Shown: in pieces, positions 37,020-49,237 of the stretch | Numbering within the stretch: the stretch's first letter is position 1 | Layout of the letters: every line of letters starts with the position of its first letter | Origin: Isurus oxyrinchus | Lineage: Eukaryota | Direction: 5' to 3' | Assembly: GCA_026770705.1 (NCBI GenBank) | Contig: JANJGN010000059.1 | Span: 2,170,001-2,234,000, forward strand | DNA length: 64,000 nt | The notes under the pieces: generated by a model | The model's input: the letters and a program-made list of their open reading frames with translations, nothing else | Told to the model about the DNA's origin: nothing | Database searches by the model: none | Translations under genes and position numbers: made by a program

Positions 37020-37118
37020 CTGTCGAAGGGTCATGAGGACTCGAAACGTCAACTCTTTTCTTCTCCGCCGATGCTGCCGGACCTGCTGAGTTTTTCCAGG
37101 TAATTCTGTTTTTGTTTT
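36908..37118. mobile_element. Inverted (fold-back) Penelope pLTR insertion with 14-bp TSD
   Basis: ~74-bp inverted arms (~36946-37019 / 37045-37118) around the hammerhead core; TSD agcctcagacattc at 36894-36907 and 37119-37132. Confidence 0.92.
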
Positions 37119-37762
37119 AGCCTCAGACATTCAACTGACTGTTGCCACAGCCAATCAAAATGTCTTTTCGGCTGACTGACAGTGGCTTCATCCAATCAAG
37201 GAGCGGCAGTCTTGTGCTCACTGTTACATTGGGCACTCAGGATGTTCTTCTTCTGTTCCAACAGCCGCCGCAGTAAATCAAAGATAATCAACTGCTGACT
37301 GAGTGTTCAGCGTTTAATCTCATTACACCCGCTGGCTGTAAACAGATTCATCCAATCACGGTGCTGCAAGCAGTGACTCAGAAAGTTCAGCCAATCAGCG
37401 AGCTTCAGCCTGTGACCAACCAAGGTTTCAGCCCATCAAGGAATTGAACCCGACAGCCGCAACATCCAATCAGCAAGCTCCGACCAATGACTGACTGGAT
37501 TTCAAACAACCAACAATCCCCAGCTAATTCCCACCCTCTAGCCCAGAGTATCATCCAATCATAGCGTTCAATCTTTGACTGACAGTTCTTACAACACAAG
37601 GTGGGTCCCCAAATCATGCCGGGATCTGCCGTGTCGGATTGGAGTGTTTCAGTTTCAGACTGACAGCTATAATATCAAATCGGAGAGATGCGACTGCGCT
37701 CGAATTTACTTAAATCCGACCAAAAGCCGTGCGTATTGCTCAGCTCCGTCCAGCCTTTCGCT

Positions 37763-37893
37763 ATTTCAACTCTTTCCTGGACTCGAAATCAAGTTCTGTC
37801 GAAGGGTCATGAAGACTCGAAACGTCAACTCTTTTCTTCTCCGCCGACGCTGCCAGACCTGCTGAGTTTTTCCAGGTAATTCTGTTTTTGTTT
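37763..37893 (+). mobile_element. Penelope pLTR-derived insertion with 12-bp TSD
   Basis: TSD cagcctttcgct at 37751-37762 and 37894-37905; matches 4683-4813. Confidence 0.93.
37792..37830 (+). ncRNA. Minimal hammerhead-like motif (CUGUCGA core, intact GAAACGUC)
   Basis: AGTT-CTGTCGA-A-GGGTC/atgaa/GACTC-GAAA-CGTC-AACT. Confidence 0.75.
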
Positions 37894-38199
37894 CAGCCTT
37901 TCGCTGTTCCCTTTGTGATTGACAGCAGCATTAGCCAATCAGTGAGTTGCTTGCATATAATTCACCAAGCGAAATTATGCCGCTTTGTTCGATTTCCCCA
38001 GTGTCACCACCTTCCCAGCGACATAACGTCACCACGCTCGAACTGGCGAGAGGGCGGGCAATGATCCTCAAAGCGGTGCCGCACTGATAATTACGGCAGT
38101 GCAACTAGATTCCATTGATTGGAAATAAAGCGGGATCCAAATGGCAGAAATTTAGAGAATGAAATAGAAGGGACACAGGGAAGGTGAAGGAGGAAATTA

Positions 38200-39080
38200 A
38201 ATGACAGGATCACAGCATTCTTACAAAGGAGAAGAAGGACGATTGGCCCATCATGTCTGCACGGACTCTCTGAATGAACAACACACCTATTTCTATTCTG
38301 CAGCCTTCTGTCCATAACTCCGTCCATTCTTCATTTTCAGATAACAGCCTAATACCGGAATGAATGTTTCAATCCATCCTGCCTCCAACACACTCTCAGT
38401 CCGTTCATTTCGGACCATATAAAATCGCTGCCTGATGAAAAATGTTTGAATTATATTATAATTGCTTTTCTCCCTGACTGTTCTAAATTGAGCCCCCTGA
38501 CTTTCAACGCTTTCACGAAAATCAACAATTGCTCCATATCGAATCTAGATCACTGATGACCTTAAATACCTCTATCAAATCTCTTCTCAGCTTTCTCTTC
38601 GAAAGGAAAACAATCCTAACTTCTCTATACTCTCCTCAAAACTGAAATTTCCTAAACCCTGGGACGTTCTCGTGAATCTTATCTATATTACATACAGACA
38701 CTTCGCATTCCTGGCGAAAACACAGCGCCCAGCACTCGGCGTACTATTTCCATTGGGGGCCGAACTTGTGATTTATACAAGTTCAACGAAACCTCATTGC
38801 TCTTGCACTCTATTTTCACAATAAATATAGCCTCTGATGATGTATGATCGATTTACTGATTTCTTAATATGTCCTTCCAGCTTCAATGACTTGCCCCTCT
38901 GCTCTTGCCCCATTCAGAGATGTATCGTTTATTTTATGCTGTCTCTACTAATGTTCTTGCCGTGAAGATGAATCATTTCATATCTCTCAGCATTGAAATT
39001 CTTCTGTCACCTGCCTACTCATTCCACCAACTTCTCAATGCCCTGTTTGAAATACTATTCCTATCCTCCTTACAGTTCAT
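38200..39080 (-). mobile_element. Old CR1-type 3' fragment (inverted homolog of 1870-2391)
   Basis: 'ttcttcattttcagataacagcctaat', 'tcaaatctcttctcagcttt', 'aaacaatcctaactt' mirror 1874-2270. Confidence 0.68.
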
Positions 39081-39480
39081 TTTTCTGCTGATTTAATTGC
39101 TTAACATGACCAATACTTTATTGCCTTTATGTATCTCCCTATGTAATGTTTCAAGCACACTACAACAATTAACTCCGAGTTTATCCTGCATATTAGTTAT
39201 CATGCCCAATGCACGATTCAAAGTAAATTCACCCCTCTGTGTGCTGGCTCTCAAGTTAACGTTTACAATCAAGATCGAACGTTACATTAAAATGGCCAAT
39301 GAAGTTGTTACGGCTGCGTTATTTATATAATTGCGGAGAGTAACTTTAAACAACGGCCATATCCTATAATTGTATGAGTTATGTTTGAGATGCGGCTCTA
39401 AATTCAGGAATCAGACCACCAGTTCTCGACGTTTACACCCGAAAGCTGCTAAGTTATACCAAGCACAACTAATTACATGT

Positions 39481-40870
39481 AAATAAAAGCAAAAAAAAAA
39501 AGAACTGCGGATGCTGGAAATCCAAAAAAAAAAGAAAAATACCTGAAAAAACTCAGCAGGTCTGACAACATCTGTGGAGAGGAACAAAGTTAACGTTTCA
39601 ACCCTTCAACAGAACTAAGGAAAAATAGAAAGAGGTGAAATATAAGCTGGTTTAAGGGGGGAGAGTCCAGTAGAGCTGGATAGAGATCCAGTGATAGGTG
39701 GAATAAGCCAAAATATGTCATAGACAAAAGGACAAAAAGGTGTTGAAGGTGGTGGTATTATCAAAGCAATGTGCTAATAGATGATATTAAGGGTAGAAAG
39801 CAGAATGAGCAAGGTACAGGTAGCCCTAGTCGGGGTGGGGTGGGGGTAAGGGATCCAAATAGGCTCAAAGGGAGAGATAAAACAATGGATGGAAATACAT
39901 TTAAAAATAATGGAAATAGGTGGGAACATAAAAATCTATATAAATTATTGTTAAAAATGGGGATCGGAAAGGGTTGGGGATGGAGGAGAGAGTTAATAAT
40001 CTAAAATTGTTGAACTCAATTTTCAGTTTATAAAGCTGTAAAGTGCCTAGTCAGAAGATGAGGTGCTGTTCCTCTAATTTGCGTTGAGTTTCACTGGAAC
40101 ATTGCAGCAAGCCAAGGACGGACATGTGGGCATGACAGCAGAGTGGAGTGTTGAAATGGCATGCGACAGGGAGGTCTGGGTCATGCTTGTGGACAGAGTG
40201 AAGGTGTTCTGCAAAGCGGTCACCCAGTCTGCGTTTGGTCTCTCCAATGTACAGGAAACCACATTGCGAGCTGCAAAAGCAGTAGACTAATTTGAGGGAA
40301 GTGCAAGTGAAGTGCTGCTACACTTGAAAGGAATATTTGGACCCTTGGACGGTGAGGAGAGGGGAAGTAAAGGGGCAGGTGTTGCACATTCTGCGGTTGC
40401 ATGTGAAGGTGCCAAGGGAGGGGGTTGAGGTGTATGGGGTGATGGAAGAGTGGACCAGGGTGTCATGGAGGGAATGATCCCTGCGGAATGCCACCGGGGG
40501 GTGAAGGGAAGATGTGTTTGGTGGTGGCATCATGCTGGAGGTCGCAGAAATGGTGGAAGATGATCCTTTGAATGCGGAGGCTGGTAGGGTGATAAGCGAG
40601 GGCAAGGGAGACCCTATTATGGTTCTGGGAGTGAGTGAAGGTATGAGGGTGGATGTGCAGGAGATGGGATGGACACGGTTGAGGACCCTGTCAACCACCG
40701 AGGCTGGAAAACCTCGGTTAAGGAAGAAGGAAGACATATCAGAGGAACTGTTTTTGAAAATGGCATCATCAGAACAGATGTGACGGAGGCAATGGAACTG
40801 AGAGAATGGGATAGAGTCCTTACAGGAAGCGGGGTGTGAGGAGCTGTAGTCGAGGTAACTGTGGGAGTCA
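39481..40870 (-). mobile_element. 5'-truncated Penelope element, older subfamily
   Basis: Minus ORF MSSFFLNRGFP...CNRRMCNTCPFTS; GIY-YIG region 40020-40300; pLTR tail 39481-39616 with hammerhead stem II collapsed. Confidence 0.93.
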
Positions 40871-41959
40871 GAACGGGCAGGGTGACCTCAACAGGATCCG
40901 CAACAAATTCCTGCTCAGGGCCACATCACTAAATTATGCCTTTCATGATAAAAGCAGCAGGGTGGTTGGTTAACCAGGGCCTTGCAGATTTTAAGGAGCA
41001 ACTGGTACTGAGTCAACTGCTTGGAATTGATTTCTGTGGGCTCAGAGCTGTTGGTCTTCATCAATCCTCGGCAGGTTCCTTTCATAATTTATCCCTGCTC
41101 ATTTTGTGCTTCTAGGCTAAATCATTCAGAAGATGCCTGTACATTTATTAACAAATTTGAGCTCTCCACTTTCCCCTGCTGTATGGGAAGAATAGAAAGG
41201 GCACAGTGTGGCTGACTAGCTACAGAACCGGAGACAATCACGCCTGTTATAATTCTAGCACCTAATATAGAATCTCAGTGACCCAATGGTTGAGCCTGCT
41301 GTTCTTTCACTTTTGTAACCCCTCCCTGATATTATCCACTTGCCCACAGCTTTATAATACTCGGTCTGGTAATTCTCAAGATGCAGATTCTGCGGCAAAG
41401 CTTTTTTGAGACGACTGCATAGAGCTGTCCTGTCTGCAGATTGTAAACAGTTTCCTCTCCTTCTGGGTTAACAGGTCTCCAAGACTTGTCCCAGCTACAT
41501 TCCATTGAAAGGAGTCTGAAAAAATAAAGCTCCTCAGGAAGCTGTAAAAAAAGACATATGTCAGCTTCAGTTGAGTGTGGGATTAGATGGACAAGATGCT
41601 GACAGGCAATTCATTGCTCACATGGGAAGAGGAGTCTGCAGCAGCTCTGTTGCTTCAGTCTCGATAATTTGGTGCATGCGCTCTATTAGCTCCCCCTCCT
41701 GATGCAATTCACGTGTAAAGTCCAATTACCACGTTACTCTTGCCATGAGTTACACACTTTATTCGGCTCAGTATTAGAGTCAATTGCTGGGATCATTTTT
41801 TTATGCGCTGTCCAAGTTGGTCATTTATATGTGGCGGAATGTGGTACTTTATTGGGGATAAAACAAGGGCTGATGGGACAATGAACGTCAGTTATCCAAA
41901 GCAGAGGACGAAGCTGCCTTTAACATTGTCCTTCCGAATGTAAAATTCATACTTATGAA

Positions 41960-44055
41960 AATAAACAATATTGTATCATTCCAAAATGAATTGATTTTTG
42001 GAACCTATATTATTTCTTAGTATATTCCGTATTCGTATGATGCTACAACACTTATTACTGAATTATAACCTGTGTATCATGCACACAGTATACCATTCCG
42101 ACACACATGAGGCACTGTCAAAAAATATACGTAATGCAATCTCCAGAATGTGTGCATAAGTGATTTATTTTGGGTACTAGCAACAGCAGCATAACATGGT
42201 GGCAGCAGGTGCTGCAGATAGAACTCAAACGGTGGGAAAGATACAAATGCTGAGCCATAATTTGAAAATTACTCTGAATTGACGCCCAGAACAACTGTGA
42301 TTTGTTAAAAAATTATAGCCACCCCTGCTGCAATTAATGGACAGTTCCAAATATGATCAATTGGGAGGCCAATAATGCTGTGGCAGTGATCCAGGAACTC
42401 AAGCATCACGGAAAGTTAACATTCTGCAGTTGTCTGAAAGATATTAGCAATGGATAAAAAATCAGGTTTCGCCTTGTTATGGATATGGGGTTAAAGAATT
42501 GGATTCTTTCAATACATGGGAAATGAGTGAGGCTGACAGTGAAAACCCAGGTAAGAATTTTATTTTTTCAGAAATCCTGCTCCAATCTACAGCTTTAATT
42601 AGAAATGTGCAGCTCAGAATATCAAAGGCTATGGAGACAGCCCCCGTGTTCATGAAGGCAGGAAGAGCAAGCTGAAGCTGATGTCAGCCCACATGGCTAG
42701 ACTTCAGTTAATTCAGGTTAAAACCAAACCGAGTGGATGCGGTGAATCAGTGACTAATGAATGCAAACCAGAGAGAGAGAGAAATAAATGTGCAAAAGCA
42801 TAGCTGATCCCATTTGTTCACTGAGGTAAGGAATTGTGCCACATACATTTCAAAGTGCAGAGCTTGTAGAAATCACAATCACTGAGAAAAGATGCACAGG
42901 ACAAAGAAAGGAGACAGTGAACAAATTATCAGAGGCAGAGGAAAGGGGAAGAGAAGAAATCAAAAATTCCATTCCCTAGGAAACGGCCATGACATTGAGG
43001 AAACAAGACATCGGAACTAAACAGTTGTATGAAATGTTTGGACTTGACTTGTCCTTCAGAAAAGTAATTTATACAACTATTCAGGTCAGAGAGAAATGAG
43101 GAATACGGTCAAAAACATTAACCCAAAGCTTAATGCCAGAGCACACTGAAATATCAAACATTTCAGATAAAAACCAGAAGATATTTTCTGAAAGTTTGAA
43201 AGGGATCGCTTACTCGAAGAAGGATGCATTAAAACTCAGGAAACTTAAGCTGACAGTTTAAGGTGGAACTGACATTTGAAAGCTGGGGACAAGTAAAGTC
43301 AAAGGGACCCTAAGGAAATGACGTAAACTGAATTCTCAGTCACTGAAACAGATGGTCCTGCTATCCGGGGGTTGAGCCGTTGTGAAAATCTGCACCTGAT
43401 CCTAACAAACCAATAGATCAACGAGGCGCCACTGAGGATTCAAAATAATACATTCATTGAAAAAGCGACATCCAAGCAGAAGAAGGAAATATCTGGTCCA
43501 ATTCTACACCGAGCGTGTAGACAAGATATTTAAATACTTTGAAGATTTTGAGTATCACATGATGAGTGATCCAGGGAAGATCATTGATTCACTCCCCATG
43601 GTAGGTACCAATATAACTAAAAGGAAAGCTTGAAAGTGAGCTGCAAGAGATAGAGAGAAGAAAATAATTACCCTGACCATGGAGCCTAGAAAATCGTAAA
43701 TTCCAGTGCCATGAGAGAGAAGGCAAATGGCCAGCTAAGAATTTGCCTGGATCATAAAGAAATAAATCACACAATAAAGAGGACTCACTATATTTTCCTA
43801 ACAGTGCAAGATAGCATTCCAGAACTGGCAGGGGCCAAAACCTTCAGCAGTTCGATACCAGGTAAGGTGACGGGGACGTGAAGCTTGATGAGGAATCTTC
43901 ACTCCTGAGATCATTCAACACACCCTTTGGGCGGTTCAGATTCCATCATCAATCATTTGCCCTTAAAGTGAGCACGGATGTGTTGGAGCAGAAATCAGAT
44001 TTAAACGGGATGCCACGGAGCAGTCAGCATAACTGATATCCAGCTCTATGCGTGA
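41960..44055 (+). mobile_element. Decayed Gypsy-type LTR retrotransposon (5' part)
   Basis: 'ataaca|tggtggcagc' LTR end/PBS-like at ~42191-42206; RT N-terminal peptides GQLRICLDHKEINHTIKR, ELAGAKTFS, LDEESSLLRSFNTPFGRFRF at 43730-43945. Confidence 0.7.
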
Positions 44056-44520
44056 ATCATAGAATGGTTTCAATACAGAAGGAGGGCATTCAGCACATCC
44101 AGCCAGTGAAAGTACACTGCAGGAGCAATGTCACTACTGCCACTTGTCTATCTTTTCCCCGAAACCCAGCAAATATTTTCCCTTCAGCTTCCCATCCCAT
44201 TTCCTCTCAGAAACCATGATTAAACTTTGCTCCACCACTTTCTTGGACAGAACATTGGAGTCCCCATCTCCTCACGGTGTTAAAGGGGTTTTCCCAATGT
44301 TTTCTTTGCTTCTTTGGCAAACAAATTAACCTAATGCCATCTGATTTTCGTCCCTTCTGCCAACGTGAAGAATAACTATCTACTCTGTCTCGAACAATCA
44401 TGATTCAGGTCACATCTACCTAGTCTCACAAGCTTCTCTTCTCCAAGAGCAACGCCAGCTCCTCCAATCTATTCACTTAACAGAGGTCCCTCATCGCTGA
44501 ATCCATTCTCTTCTAATCTT
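44056..44520 (-). mobile_element. CR1-type 3' end fragment
   Basis: Tail 'atcatagaatgg..caatacagaaggaggg..attcagc' and typical reverse 3' UTR. Confidence 0.65.
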
Positions 44521-44549
44521 CTCTACTCATTTTGGTCTCCTGACATAAC

Positions 44550-45040
44550 GAGAGTAATGCTTGCATTGCAGGCAGTTCAGAGATGCTGATTCCAGTGATG
44601 AAGGTGTTGTCTTATGAACACATTTTCAGCCCTTTAAACTGGTGCATATTGGAGTTCAGAGTCGCCTTGGAACAGGTATAATTCCGAGATGCGTTGACCA
44701 GGTGGCTGCTGAGAGGATGTTTCCCTTTGTGCCGGAATCAGAACTAGTGGCACAATTTAACAATATGAGTCAGGCATTTAAGACGGAGATGATGAGGAAT
44801 TCCTTGTTTCCCTGATTCATTAATTCTCTTCCCCAGTGAGCAGTGGAATCCGGGTCATTGATCATACTCAATGCTGAGATCGGCAAAGCTTTTATCGAAA
44901 AGGGAAAGGAGGGCAATGGGGGGACGGATATGGAAATGGAGCAAAAGCTTGTAGATAAGGGCACAATCTGATCAGCGATGACCTTATTAAATGGCGGAGT
45001 TGGATCGAGGGCCCTCGTATCCTTCTCCTGCTCCTATTTC
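44550..45040 (+). mobile_element. CR1 3' end fragment
   Basis: 'gctgagaggatgtttccc', 'catttaagacggagatgatgaggaatt', 'cttctcctgctcctatttc'. Confidence 0.72.
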
Positions 45041-45379
45041 TAAAGCCATTAATCGCTTTTGATATCTGAAATCTTTCAACAGGAAACGACTTAAACTATC
45101 TCACTCCACAGTTGATGTGATAAGGGCGGATATAGTGCGGGGAATGAAGAGTAAATCTGTTGTGCAGCGTGAATGGTTCTTTTTGTTGTTGAGTTATGAA
45201 GCTGAAGGTCATATTTGAAGACATTTCCTCCTGCCTCTGCCGACTGAAGTGGGCTTTGGGAAGAGGGAGACTGCGCTTGCTGTCATTTCACCTCCTAACC
45301 TTTACGTGCCGCTCTAAGTTTCGCTTGGCCCTCCTGTGTCTCTCTGGTCCTCCCAGTGTTAACTCTTGCCCACCCGATT

Positions 45380-45720
45380 CATCGACCGCTGCTCTTTGTC
45401 GAATCCCGGCCGCAGGTCGGCAGCAATGGCCTCCTGGGTTCAGTGTGTCATTGCCGGTATTTATATTAAATCGACAAAGAGAAAGGAAGAAGCGACTCTT
45501 CAGAATGGAGAAGGAACTGGAACTCTGACCCGTCGAGGAGCTAAATAATAATAATAATAGTGATAATAATTAAATGAAAAATGAGAATCAGCTTTCTGTT
45601 GAGCAGGCAAAATTTTTGCGCAAGTGCAATCGGTTCACTCTCCCATAGTGCAGTGCGCCCTGCTCACTGATAGAGGGCTTTCCCATCCGCGGGGGATTGT
45701 GGGAACAGCGGCCGCCATTA
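45380..45720. promoter_or_regulatory. CpG-enriched promoter-like island with ZNF143/Staf-like and YY1-like motifs
   Basis: ctcccatagtgcagtgcg (~45640-45657), minus ttcccacaatcccccgc (~45688-45705), gccgccatt (~45711-45719), minus TATAAATA (45458-45465). Confidence 0.35.
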
Positions 45721-45949
45721 CACTATCACTAATTAGGACAAATATAAATCCTTAAGATGAGTAATGTTTTAAGTAATTTGGACAATGAGGAGGCCATTCC
45801 GACATTGGAGTCTGTCCGGCATCCAATAAGGTCATGGTTGAATTTCTATCTGAAAACACTCATCCTCACAGACAAAAACAGACTCACTCCCACACGCTCG
45901 GGATATTAACGTTCATAAAACATAAGCACAAACAAAAAACACATCCACA

Positions 45950-47400
45950 TAAAACACACAAACTCACACACACACACACACACATAGACAAACACAGGGT
46001 AAGATTGAGCAAATGTGTAAATTTGTGTGTGTATGTGATAGTGTGGTGCGAATATTACTTTGTATTTGAGAGCCTGTGAGAGTGCGTGTGTGGCAGAGAG
46101 CGTGCGTTGGAGAGCTTGAGTCAGTATGACTATGACTTTATGTATTTGTGATTCAGGAAGTGTGTGTCCATGTGTGTGTATGAGTGCGTTAATAGTGTGT
46201 GTGTAAGAGTGTGTCATTTTGAAATTGCGAAAGTGACTTTGTAATTGTGTGAAAGAGTGCGTGATTGAGCCAGTGCATGCCTGTGTATGGAGGGATAGCA
46301 GGGTGTGTGACATTTAGAGTGATTCAGAGAATGTGTGAATGAGAGTATTAGAGAGGGAGAGTGTTTCTGAATGTGTTTGCAGTTGCCTGTTGATGCATAT
46401 GAGTGCTTCTCTGCAAGAGTTTGTGAGTGAGTGTGATACCTGAGTGCGTACAAGTGTGAGAGCTGATAGGTTTTTGTGAGGGTGTGTGAGTAAGTATGTG
46501 AATCTGTGTGGGTGCTTGCTTGTGAGAGATAGCGAGTGAGAGTGTCAATGTGTGTGAGACATTGAGTGTATGATATTGTGACTGTGTGACAGAATCTGTG
46601 TGTGCATGTTGGGTTGTGTCTGCATGCATGTGAGCCTGAGTCTGTTGAGTGAAAGTGTGTGTGAGGGTGAAAGAGAATGTGTGGCATTGTGACAGTGTGA
46701 TACTGAATGAGTATTTGATTCTGGGAGTGTGCGTGTGTGACGGAGTGAGTGTGTGCTTGAGATTAATGTGTGAGTGCTTCTGTTAATGTGTGTGAGGGAA
46801 TGAGTGAATGTCTGTGTCTGAGAGAGAAAAAAATGTGTAATACAGAGTGTCTATGAGCGTCTGCTTGTGTGAGTGTGTGCATGTTGTGTGTGTGAGAGAG
46901 AGGGAGGGAGAGAGAGAAAGAGAGAGAGAGATGTGGACAGTGTGGGATTGTGTGAGGATGAGATTTCATGAAAATGTGTGAGAGAGAATGTGTGTGAGTG
47001 TGATTATGGGGAAAAGTGTGAGTGTATGTCAGTCTATCTTAGTGTGTGTTTGTGTGTGTGTGTGTGTTTTTGTTAGAGAGAGAATGCGTGACATTTTCAG
47101 AGTGTCAGATTAAATGAGCTTGGGATTTGAGTGCATGAGTGAAAATATGTCTGTGAGTGGGTGTGTGGGAGGGTGAGTGTATGTGGGCCAGCGTGAGTGT
47201 ATGATACTGTGACTGATTGCAGGCGAGATAATGCATATGTTTGAGAAAGTGTGTTTGACCATTTAATAGTGTGAGATTGAGTGAATATCTATGGCTGCTT
47301 GTTATTGTGAGCATGTTTGTGTATGTGTGTATGTGTGTGGATTTGTGTGTGTAATTAAGTGAGTATGTGTTTGTGTATTTGTGTGTGTGTGTGGGTTTGA
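45950..47400. repeat. TG/GA-rich degenerate microsatellite tract
   Basis: Visible composition. Confidence 0.9.
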
Positions 47401-47689
47401 GATAGAAGCCGAGATTTTCCACACAGGTCTTGAGTGTTCTCATTCCTTTTCCTATTTTTTGCTCATGAGCACACTCCCTGTATTCAAGGGGACAGCCCAG
47501 GCTGGGTCTATGCCACCCAGAAGCTTTTGCACACAGGGATGAATCAGCCTTTGCCTGAGTGCTTGTGAGCCTCGTGTGAGAAGCCTTCACTGGATGCTTG
47601 TCATTTACCCTTCACACACGCCCTGATTGCAAAGATTTACTTTAGTCAAACGACATTCTGGGGTCCATTTATGCTGTATATCGCTGGGG

Positions 47690-48005
47690 AGTTCACCTCA
47701 GCGATGTGACTGTTGCTGGAGAGTTCACCTCAGTGATGTGACTGCTGCTGGATAGTTCATCTGAGCTATGTAATTACTGCTGGAGAGACCACGCGAGAGA
47801 TGTGGCTAATGCTGGAGAGACAACCCGAGCGATTTAACTGCTGCTGGAGAGACCACCCGAGCGATGTAACTGCTGATGGAGAAACCACCCGAGCGATGTA
47901 ACTGCTGCTGGAGAAACCATCCGAGTGATGTAACTGCTGCTGGAGAGATCACCCCAGTGATATGACTGCTGCTGGAGAGACCAAACGACCGATGCGACAA
48001 CTGCT
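47690..48005. repeat. 32-bp minisatellite (~9-10 units)
   Basis: Unit 'cccgagcgatgtaactgctgctggagagacca' at 47824, 47856, 47888 etc. Confidence 0.9.
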
Positions 48006-48946
48006 GGAGGGTCCATTGGAGCGATGGCTGATATAATCGGCAGCAATGATTAATTTAAAAAATGCTGTAAAACTCCATTGATAAATATTAAATTCATACA
48101 AAGTGAAGAATTCCATACAGATTCCCTTGCTGCTGTCCACATAATTATTTCCTGTAGTTTAAATATGTCCCATGTTGAACAGTTAACTTGCAAACTACGT
48201 GTATAAATCCAGCGGCCTGCTGGTCCCAGCTGCACGGCAGCTTCAGTTGTGCCTCGAGTAGAGTTTCACACGGATTCCTTCTCTCTGTGGCACAAGATCA
48301 ATATCTACATTTTTGGATATGTAGGTTTTGAAATCCAAGAATTCGAAGTGTTTACAAGCTTTGAACGGAATATATCTTTGTAAGAATGACTTACGTTCAC
48401 AAACTTGCTTGAGAAATTCTGCTCAGTTCCACAGGACTGAGTTCTATGAATTTGGCTAAAGTTTGCTGCAAGGATAGTGATTTGCCCTCAGCATTATGTA
48501 CATCCAAAATGATAAATTTGGTAGCTTATTATTTGAGGACATCATCGATGATTTTGCTTTCCAAACATCAAGAAAGAAAACATTTGAATGTTTTTGATTC
48601 ATATGATGTGCAAACAGATTAGCTGCAGTTTGTATTACTGCTTCCTCTTAATAAGCTGCTGATTGGTCTAACAGCTTTTCTGTTTGTGTCGTCAAAAGTT
48701 TTCATTTTTACCAATTAACAAATCGTGAACATATTTTTCTTTCAAATTATTATCTAATGCAAACAGTTATTTTGTAAGATGTATTTTAGTTCCAAATTAA
48801 TGTGATATTTGTGCCTTTACTGTTGCAAATTTGCAAAGATAAAATTTGCAGTCCACTTTCTGTGACATTAGGAAACCTTTAAAGGAATTGGCCGTTTTTT
48901 AAGCTTGACATACCTCAGCGTCCCAGAATGTCTTAATCCAGTCCTG
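48000..48946 (+). mobile_element. hAT DNA transposon relic (C-terminus and right end)
   Basis: ALSIMYIQND..LLFEDIIDDFAFQTSRKKTF at ~48484-48585 resembles the hAT dimerisation-domain terminus; 'ttaatccagtcctg' at ~48933-48946 resembles a CAGGGCCGGATTAA-type TIR. Confidence 0.5.
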
Positions 48947-49237
48947 TAAGTGAGATTCATAAGACACGTCTTTGACTTCTGAAGACTTGTATTTCTATTC
49001 AAAAATCAATGAGTTTATAATTCATGTCATTGAGCTTATTTCAGAGCTGGAAAACGTTAGGCAATTAAGAGGTTTAAGACAGGCCAAAGATGGGAGGAAA
49101 TGGACACAATGAATGTCTGTGATAAATTGGAGAAAGGAGAATGGAAACTGTGTAAAACTCTAGTTTTCCAAAAAATTATATACTTTATTCATCAAGCATG
49201 TTAAGGTGCAGTACATGACTGTTACATAATGGCAAAT

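Larger units (their letters stand above)
36680..37940 (+). promoter_or_regulatory. Full ~41-bp-period TGAnTGACAG-N9-CCAAT array downstream of exon 2B
   Basis: Decamer-like starts at 36680, 36721, 36762, 36802, 36842, 36883, 37132, 37173, 37333, 37413, 37447, 37488, 37916 and others; CCAAT or a 1-2 mismatch variant 9 nt downstream in most. Confidence 0.65.

Noticed and set aside
36680-37940. CRISPR array (conserved repeat + unique spacers)
   Set aside because: Vertebrate context, no cas genes, and the conserved part is two short degenerate motifs rather than an identical 23-47 bp repeat.
45240-45460. RNase P, telomerase RNA or HDV-like ribozyme
   Set aside because: Only short resemblances (gggaag..gagact, cctaacc); no complete P4 helix, template/pseudoknot or 7-bp P1 could be built.
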